Position numbers and translations under genes: made by a program | Source of the DNA: a virus | Taxonomy: Duplodnaviria > Caudoviricetes | IMG/VR virus record: IMGVR_UViG_2061766007_004032 | Direction: 5' to 3' (one strand) | DNA: 64,000 bases | Part shown: in pieces, positions 55,154 through 64,000 of the stretch | Layout: each line of letters opens with the position of its first letter | How positions within the stretch are numbered: the stretch's first letter is position 1 | The notes under the pieces: model-generated | The model's database searches: none | The model's input: the letters and a program-made list of their open reading frames with translations, nothing else | Told to the model about the DNA's origin: nothing

Positions 55154-56067
55154 CAGATGCACCTCATGTAAACGTACCCGTCCGACGACACCGAGGGAAG
55201 TTTGAATTTTCCCTCCGAGGAAATAACCGTGTAATACCAGAACCTCCCGGTAGCGTTAACTATCTTCTCTATTTTGTCAGAACCCAATTCCGCCGTGAGA
55301 ATTTTATGTCCGTCGTCGGACTTCTGATATTGCACGCTCAACTGGACTGTATCATCATTACTTAAAACCGTGTAAGTGTCGTTTGACGGCGAAGAGCTGT
55401 TCAAATCTCCGGTTAAGTGTTCGTAAACCTTCGGAAAAGATGTACCGGAAATCCAGTTTCCAGAGCCACTCGAGAGCAGAACATAACCGCAATCCGAACT
55501 AAGCGACTCGTTTTTGTAATCGAGTGAGATTGTGTTAAAAAGCGGGACGTTCGAATCGACGTAGCTTTTGTTCGCGAGCTGGTTTTTCGAAGAAACGGTT
55601 TTATCGCAAAACGGGGTTCCTTTAAACTGGATATTTTGCGTTTGGACCGTTAAATCTCCGTCCGACTTAATGCTGACGCCGTTTTTTCCGGAAATTTGCG
55701 CGGTGTCGCCCGAAAGCCCGACGTTGTTTACCACCGCCTGAAAATCCCCGGAGCCGGAACTGTCCTTGAAAACCCCTACCCCTCCGCTGACCTCTATCCC
55801 GTCGGTGAAAACCGTCTTTAGCTCGACGTTCTGGCTCTTCCCGATGTTCAGAATGTCGTTAAACGTGCCGACCGGGACCGCGAAGGACTGGTATTTCGCC
55901 TGACCGCCCTAATCCGGGTCGGCTTCGGAGCTAATCTTATACGAAAGCTCGACAAATGAGGCGGATATCCTGTCTTTGAAAGCATTCTGGTCCGAAAGAA
56001 CACTGAGATACCCGCTCATTTTCTGAATCTGGAAAATCGGCAAATCTGAAATTTTCTGAATGGACAT
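55153..56067 (-). CDS. tail fibre-like protein (1 TAG read through)
   Basis: MSIQKISDLP start; LANKSYVD fibre motif; TAG near 55909. Confidence 0.7.
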
Positions 56068-56096
56068 GTCTTAAAAAACTCCTAATATATTTAGTC

Positions 56097-58079
56097 TTAC
56101 GGGGTGTCGAACTGTCCCGCTTCGTCTTCATCATCGGGCGGGTCGTCCGGAAATTCGTAATAATCCGTGTTGTCCGCCAGAGGGGTGGTTTGTTTCGGGA
56201 TGTAACCCTTGAAGTTATCCTCTATCTCTTTTTCCAAATCGAGATAGTAGTCCGCGTCTATCGGAACGGAATGAAGGCTCTTAATGTTTTTTAAAACCGT
56301 CCCGTCCTCTTTGTTCCAATAAAAAATGACCGCCGGGATGGAGGTTTTCCCGTCGCTCCACTGGCTTCTGACAAAATACGGCTGGGACGGGATTATGGAA
56401 AACTCCATCATTGAGGTGACGGCTACCGTGCAGAAGAAATACGGCTGTTCCCTGACCCATTCCTGGAATTCCTTGTTGTCGTACACGAGACTTTCGTAGG
56501 TTTTGCACTTCGTGCATCCCCCGATGTCGGAATACTCGACGAAAACCGGGACGTGATTCTGGTCCGCGAACTTTTTCAGCTGTTCCGCGTTGTAATACCA
56601 GACTCCCGGCTTGAAATCGCTGACCTCGTCTTTGTTCACTTCGGGAATATCGTATTCGTCGACCTTCTTGTCGCCGGTCACAGTGAAAAAATGCCCCGAC
56701 TTGGAAATCATCTGGACGGAACTCAGAGGCGAGCCGAGCTTCGTTATATCCTAGACGTAATCCGAGTGAGTTTTGTATATCTCCACGTCAGCCCCGGCAA
56801 AAAACTGCTCGGCTGAAAGTTCCGGGGAAAAACACCTGCTTCCGCGATTCGTCTGCTTTATCTGGGAACTGGTGAATCTCGTAAAATACTCGTTTCCGTC
56901 AGACTTTTTCCAATACAGTGTCATTTTCGCGTATGTTCCGCTCGAACCGGAACTGAAAAACCTCGGGTCCGACTGGTGCGAAATCGTTTTCCAAAAACTG
57001 TACTGGGTTCTCGCATCAGCAAAGACGTAATAAACGAGACTGCTGGTCTGGGAAACGTAATCTTTCCAAGCCTGGCGGTTTAACACCCTTTCCTCTAACG
57101 CCTTGCAAATCGTGCACCCGGAATTCTGGGTCTTGTCGGTTATTATGACCATCGGGATGTTGCGCTTCTGGGCGTCGGACAACGCCTTGTCAAATTCCGC
57201 CTGGGACGTAATGTAGGTCCCGCTGGAAACAACCTGCGTGGAGCTTTTTTGCTCGAAGGTTTTGTCGTCTATGCCGAAAAAGCGTATCGAGGAAACCGAG
57301 CTCCCCCTCAAAAAGTTCGGGTCAATCTACGTGAACGAAGAAATCGACGCCGGGAGGGTTATGCTCTTTAAATTTTCGCACCCGTCGAAAACCGAGGAGC
57401 CGAGATAGTCCATGATTGAGCGGTTGTCGGCGGAATCCTCTATCGTGACGTTTGAAAGACTCGTGCAACCTTTGAACATCTCGCTTCCCATCGACCAAAT
57501 CTGGGAAGGGAAGGTTATGCTCCTCAGAGAGGTGCAGTTCGCGAAAACCCCGTTGTACACGTAGCTGGTTTTGTTTGGAAGCTTTACGTCGGTGAGACTT
57601 TCGCAACCGTCGAACGCGTGTTCGGCGAGAAAAGACGACCTGGTCATCGTTACGGATTTCAAATCCTTGCAGTCCGCGAACGCGTACGCCTCGATTCCTG
57701 TGTCGTAAACCGTTCCGCTCAAATCGAGCGTGATGTTTTTCAGCCCGGTCCCCGCGAAAGCGTGGTCCTCGATTTTCAGAAACGTCTGTGGGCTGGTCCC
57801 GAAGGCGTCGCAACCCGTGAGGTTTCTACAGCCCATAAACGCGCTCGCGTCCACAATCTGGGTGTTGGTCCCGAAGAAAACGTCGGTCACGGAAAGGGAA
57901 TTGACCAGACATTTTTTCCCGACCTCCTCCACCTTGTTTCCGAACCTCACGGAAACCGTCTGGCTCTGAATCGGATTGTCGGTCATGTCCCCGACAATCG
58001 TGATTTTTCTCAGATTGTCGGAGATTTTAATCGTCTTAATCCCGGGAGTGTCGTACCTTTTCTCAATAAAATGCGCCAT
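56097..58079 (-). CDS. BspA/LRR_5 repeat protein with two thioredoxin-like CxxC domains (2 TAG read through)
   Basis: LRR_5 array, then SGCTICKALE and GGCTKCKTYE domains; TAGs at 57327 and 56751. Confidence 0.8.
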
Positions 58080-58080
58080 A

Positions 58081-61000
58081 TCAATCTCCGTAGTCGATTA
58101 CCGTCTGACCCGGGAAAATCTCCTCGGCGGAATCGACGTAAACCGTCGATTTCCCGTCGCTCCGGAACGTTATCTCGGTTCCGTTCACGGTACCGCTCGA
58201 TTCCGTGTCCCAAACCGCGTACAGAACTATCCGGTCCGTGTTGGTGTAAACATCGGTCAAGAACGTGGCGATTCCGGAATCGCCAAACTCCGCGACTCCG
58301 CCAATATCCGTTTTTTGCGTCGACCAACCGGCAAAAGCGAGACCCTTTCTCGAGAAAAGACTCTTGTTCAGCGTTATCGGGACGTCCATCAGAACTTTCT
58401 GTTCGGGCATAACCCCGGAACCCCCGTTCGCGTCGAAAACTATGGTTATGTACCTGGAGTCCTGGATATTCTCCCCGATGTACGTTATCTTTATCGACTG
58501 CTCGTCGGTTCCGAAACAGTAGAAACTGAACACGTTCTGTTTTTTCTCATCGTCGTGCGAATACGGTCCGACAAGTGAGGGCGTTATGAGCGAGTTGAAA
58601 ACCCCGTTCAGGTTTGAATCGGTTTCCGAAATATTTTCCTTATAAACCTTGAGCGGCAACGAACACCCGTTTATTTCCACGCCGAGATATTTCTGAATGT
58701 CGAACACGCTCGCGTTCAGCGTCACGGTTAACGCCGTGAAGTGGCTCCGGATGTCCGAATTCTGAATTCTTTTATCCTACTCGATGAGCGGGTTGTTCTC
58801 GAGATTTCTTCTCGACCTTTGCCTTTCGGAAAACTCGGTGTCTATTCCCGGCGCACCGTAAACCCCATTGAGATAATAGGTGAAGGTCGTGGGAATGTGG
58901 ATGTAAAGCTCGTGAATGCCGCACCCGTAAGTTTTCAGAATGTACTCCGCCTCGACGTTTTTAAATTCGCCGACGAAATTACTGACGTTGGCATTCAGCG
59001 AGCCGGAAGAGTTGTCCCCGAACTCTATGTCGTAGACCAAATCGTTGCGGACGTAAAACTCTTTTTGGTTGTCGGATTTTTCTACCTCGGTCCAGTTCTT
59101 ATCGAGGGTCTCGAGGTCCACCGAAAGGGTTTTCTCGTTTAGAACCGTCATCGGGTCGGCGGAAAGATGGTATTCGCTAAGATGCTTTTCCAAATCGACC
59201 TGGTAACAGGTGTCGAGCGAGCCCGAAAGCTCGGAAACGAACTTCCTCATCTCGAAATCGCTTCTGGTGTCAAAATCGTTGATTAGCTCGTATGAGTACT
59301 CGGTCTTAAACAGCCCGGAATCCGTCGCGACGTAATATTCCGTGCGGTTCCTTATGTTGACGTCGTTTATCGTGTCGTTTTCGAAGGAGAGGAGCTGTTC
59401 CCACGAACCCAAATCACCCGAAGCTCTGAGGGTTCCGCCGTCGGAAGCCACAAAAGTCTCCCCGGGATTGCCGTATTCATGCCGTGTGAGGGTTTTCGCG
59501 TCCCCGAAGAACGGGACAGTGTCAAAAATCCCGTTCTCGTACTTGGTTAAACCCTCTTTTCCGTTTATGAGCCAAAAACCGCTGTCGGACTGGACTGCGC
59601 CGTAGACCGGTGAGGTTTTTTTATCGCTTGCGACCTTGAAAAGGTTTATAACCGCGTATCTGTCAAACGTTTCGATTTTATCCTCGGAAAACACGGCTTT
59701 TTTTCCTCCGACGCCGTAGGCGAGGAACATATCGTCGTCCAACCCGACGGAAAGCTCGGTTCTCTGTCCGTTTTCGTCCAGAAAATACTTTTTTTGGGGG
59801 TTTTCCTCGGTCACTAAAACGAGGTCGGTGCCCTGAATCGGGACTATGTTGGTACAACGGTCCTGGGAATACGTTTCCGAACCGTCCGGATTGCCGAGAT
59901 AACGGTATTCGCCGTTTTTGTAAACGAAACACACCGAATTGGAGGTTTTTCTGACGTTTTCCGGTTCGCTTCCTGAAATTTTGGGTATCGGGGAGGCGTA
60001 ATAGAACCGAAGCGGTCTGGTTTCGGCGTAAACCGCCAGGAAGGCGCGGTTTTCGATTGTCGCCACGGTCGATGTTTTACCGTTTATCCGGACTTCCTGC
60101 AAACTGTCGGCGTAAACCCCGTCCGGAGCCACCGAAACCCACTCGCCGTTCCACCGGTAGGAGTAAAATTCATCCTAACCGTTCTCTTCCGCGCCTTTTA
60201 CTATGACCGTTTCGCCGATTTTTTGCAGTCCGGAAACGATTTTCTGCTTATTTCCACCCAAATCGAGGAAAATGGACGAAAAACCGTTCTAATTGACGAA
60301 TATTTCCCCGTCCTATTTCTGAAAACATACACCGAAATTGGTTTGAAACGCCTTTACCGCGTCATAATCGCAATACGCCAGTTTGGAAATGGTCTTTTCC
60401 CCGTCCAGACTATCGTTTATGTAGCAACCCCGTCCGGTTATGACCACCGTTCCCGAGTAATCGTCGCCGGTTTTCAGGTATTCCCGTATCGTTAGGTCGT
60501 ATGGTCTCTGTCTGAAGGCGTAATTTATGTCCGGAAGAGAAATTGTCTGGTAGGTCCCGCGGTTCGAGAGGAGGGTTTGGCGGTCGGAAGCCCCCCAGTA
60601 GAAAACCGCGTTGTCGGTGTTGATGTAAAACACCCCCTCATACTGGGAATACGAGATTCTAACGTCGTCCGAGTTATCAACGATGCCCTGTTGGGGCGTA
60701 ATATTGACCGAGGACGAAGTTCTCACCGCCAAAAGCCTGTTGAAATCCAGATTTTCGGTCGGATTTCCGTTGTAAAGGTAGTATTTTGTATGCCCGGCGG
60801 GCTTTCTTATTCTGAAAAACAGCGTTCCGAGAACCGACCTCACCCTATCGGCTTCGTAATTGACATAATTAAACAGTTGGCTTCCGTCGGCTATGAAAAC
60901 CTTCCCGTCTGAGGAATAACAGACATATTCTCCCCATTTGCAGACGCCATCAACTGGTTTTCCGTTGTTATTAACCGCCTCTCTATTTTCAAAGCTCACA

Positions 61001-63075
61001 TATCCGCCAGAAACATTTATGTGGTGCTTCCATAAGCCGGAAACGGTGCAGTTGTAGAGATAACCGTCGATTATTTCCGCGTATTGGGAATTTCCGTCTT
61101 CCGAAAACTCCACCTAGCCCTGCTGAAGCGACGAACCTTTTACCAAAAGGGGTTTGTCCTTCCTAATAGCAAGCATAATCCCGTAGTTATCGCTGTAAGA
61201 AACGCTCTCAACGTTGTCAAAATCTTCGTTGTCGACCAGTTTGGTGCCGTATTCTTCCTTAAAATACTGCAACACGGTGCTATTCTTGGTCTTTATGCCT
61301 AAAAAATCGGAATATCCGTAAATCCCGTCCGCCTTGGCGGCGACCCCGATATCCAAAACCCTCGGGTTGGAGTCGATATTCTGCCCCTCCTGGAACGAAA
61401 AGCAGTAAACCCGACCCTAATCGGTCATTATAAAGACGAAATTCTCGGTTTTTGCCATTCCAATAAGCTTTTCCCCGCCCTGGAAACCGGTAAAGTCCCC
61501 GAAAACCTTCAAATAGTCGGATTTTTCGGGGTCCCCGTTCAAAACCGTCGCCTTTTTCTCGGTCAGAACCAGAATCTCCCCCCTAAAGGGGAAAGAATCC
61601 AGTATTTTCCTCGACCCGACGCTGTATTTCTTGTTTTTGCTCAAATCGTAGAGATAACCCCGCGTCTGGACAACCATGTTGCCGTAGTTGTCGAAAATTT
61701 TCTCGATTTTGTCCGGGATAACGCTTTCCACGCGGGAAATCGGGTCAAAATCGGAGATAAACGGGGTCTTTTCGGACTCTTTCTGAACAAAAACCGCCGA
61801 ATAAGCCGAAGTTTCCGTGACATAGTACAGTTTGTTCCCGACAACCGCCAAATCGCGGATATTGTTGTCGGAAAGCACCTTGGAAAGCGAAAAAACGTCG
61901 TCAAGTACGTATATCTCGGTCTCGCTGGCGAGGAAAAGGTACGTCCTGCCGTTTAAAACGGTCGAGTCCATACTCTTGACCGTGAAATTTTCCGGCAATT
62001 TGTCGAAATGTTTGCAAATCTGGTTTCCGAGAAGCTTGTAAACGCCGTTATCGCACCCGAAATAGGCGCAATCGGCGTAAGTCCCGCAGTTGGCGGAGAT
62101 TTTCTCGCCCCGGACCACCTTTTTGGGGTCGGAATAATCGAAATCGGTAACGTAAACGTCAGTTTCGGGCTCGTTCAGTCGGGGTCTGGCGACGATTACC
62201 ACGGTATCGTCCCCGGAAACCTGGAATCTTGGGAACTGACCGTTTAAAACCGTCCTGTAATTGTCGTATTCCCAGCCTTTTCTTCTGAGAAACACGCCTT
62301 TGGAGGTGAAAGCCGCGACATCGTTACCCATCGGCATGATTTTGAATACCTTAGCCTCCGCGTCGTCGCCCACGTCCGACAGTTTAAGCGGAACATACTT
62401 GAAAATCCCACTATGGTCCGAATAACCGTCGTAATCTGCCTCGAAAACGCCCGTCCTGGTTCCGGAAAAGAGGGTTTTTGTGTTTTTTTCGAAGTGTACG
62501 GCGAAATATTCGCCCGAACCGCCGATTTTTTTGGCTGAAATCCCGTCCCCCTCGAAAAACGTGCGGTAAATCCCGTCTTTCGTCGCGAAAAACGCGGTTT
62601 CCCCCTGAATTTCGTAGGAATTCGCGCCGCAGTCTATGAAAACCGTCTTATTCCCGTCCCGGTCGACCCTTATCACGGAATTTTCCGTCCCCACGAATAG
62701 GGAATCCCTGAAAAACGCCGAAAAGACGACCTTCTGACCGGAAACTACCTCCCTCACTTCGGTTCCGAAGGGGTTTTCCTTCTTCCTGTATACCCTGAAG
62801 TCGGTTCCGTCGTCCCTCATGACCTTGAAACCGTCCGGAGCGTTGGATATTTCCGAATCCGAGGCGGATTTTGGACCGATAACCGTTCCCGCGTAGTCCC
62901 TAATCGCGTTCTCGACATACAAATCGTTATCCAACAGCTGTTTTAACGAGTTGTTTATGTTGGAAAAGTTGACGTTCTGGCTAAAATTGTACGAGATGTT
63001 GTCCCCGTAGCGATATGGAAGTCCGGAATACCGTCTGGTTTCGAGGATTTTGTTCTTCTGTCTTACGTTGTTCAT
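58081..63075 (-). CDS. 1664-aa beta-propeller-rich virion protein with C-terminal InlB B-repeat (6 TAG read through)
   Basis: Five track ORFs joined via TAGs at 61417, 61114, 60313, 60289, 60175 and 58777; FxxTxxG(V/I)Y blades; VFDANGGSG..FAGWS. Confidence 0.8.
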
Positions 63076-64000
63076 ACCCTAGACCTCCCGACCAGCTTAC
63101 AATGGAACGAGTTGGAGACCAATCCGCTTCCCGATACCCCCTAGGTGCCGGGTTTCGGGTAGGTAACGCACACCGCCGTGAGCATTTTCGACGACTTGTT
63201 TATAAAAACAATCGAGTTGGAGCCGGGATTAATCGACTTTTGGGAGACATCCCTATCCTGTGAGAGCACGTCGGAGCAGAAAACCATGTAGTTGTTGTCC
63301 CTGAAAATGAACTTCTGGTTGTCAAGCAGGTGCAGGTCGGCGTGGTAGACGTTGACAAAGGGCATCCTGTTGGTCTGTCTTGACGGGCCGAGCTCGATTT
63401 CCCCGGAAGACTGGGCGTTGAATATCTGATAGTCGTTCGGGGTTTGGAAATACTGCTCGTTGTTATTGTAGTCCACGTTCTGTTTGGAAAAAGTGCTCGT
63501 GTTTCTTACGTTAACCGAGTTCGCCTTAAGAATATTGGATGATGCGCCGTCGACGGATTCTGTTCCGGTGTAGGAAAGCCTGAAAATTATGTCGTATTCC
63601 AACAGTCCGTTATCGTATCTTCTAGCAAATCCGCCGAGAATCGAGTCATCCTGCGGAAGAAACTTGGTTTCGTACGGGAAAAGGTGTTTTTTTCTCGACT
63701 GGTCGCGGTTTGAGAGGTCCGTTCTGAGAATTTTTTTGTCTATGGTGGACAAATCCATTCTCCCGTACCGGTGTTCCGCGCTCTGACAATGACCGATAAG
63801 CATCGCGTTTATCTGACGCTTAATCATATTCTCGATTCCGAGCTCCACCAGCGAAACGTACCTGTTCTGGTTACTCCACCCGGACTGATTGAGTTCCGAA
63901 TCGTCTGGCTTCCCATCGGAAAGAAGAACGATTTTCGGTCGGTTGTAGTTCCGGTCCTCGATTGACCTGAGAAGGTAGAGGCTGTCGTTATTCTCCCCGT
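63072..64000 (-). CDS. 3' part of a virion/tail-cluster protein (truncated by window; 1 TAG read through)
   Basis: Frame open to window edge; after TAG 63141 it ends at TGA overlapping the next ATG. Confidence 0.7.

Noticed and set aside
44313-63075. Fragmented ORFs as pseudogenes or a decayed prophage
   Set aside because: All breaks are in-frame TAG, never TAA/TGA or frameshifts, which indicates recoding rather than decay.
1-64000. Suppressor tRNA, other tRNA or rRNA genes
   Set aside because: No cloverleaf or rRNA-like sequence was recognised by eye in the short intergenic gaps; a tRNAscan-type search is needed to exclude them.

Overview
A 64-kb segment of a large T4-like (myovirus-type, probably jumbo) bacteriophage genome, mostly coded on the minus strand. 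It contains portal, scaffold and major capsid genes, a gp55-type late sigma factor plus a second sigma70-type factor, a family-B DNA polymerase, an RNase H/flap nuclease, GroES co-chaperonins, glycosyltransferases, an OFA-type MFS transporter and two tail/fibre clusters. The phage reads TAG as a sense codon (most likely Gln, code 15). By manual count about 60 in-frame TAGs in about 28 genes join the fragmented ORFs of the supplied track into full genes that end in TAA/TGA, so the coordinates below use read-through. Main findings: (1) a 255-bp non-autonomous IS200/IS605-type mini-element with both ends and an apparent TnpB omega-RNA scaffold, whose empty site can be rebuilt exactly; (2) a fractured polB gene with an atypically split, Thr1-initiated intein and a free-standing Vsr-like homing endonuclease between the halves; (3) a 2001-aa multi-enzyme protein, visible only after recoding, with domains separated by prohead-protease-like sites; (4) TAG codons ahead of the conserved core of the late sigma factor; (5) a tandem-GroES plus single-GroES pair. 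All calls come from reading motifs by eye; no database search was run.
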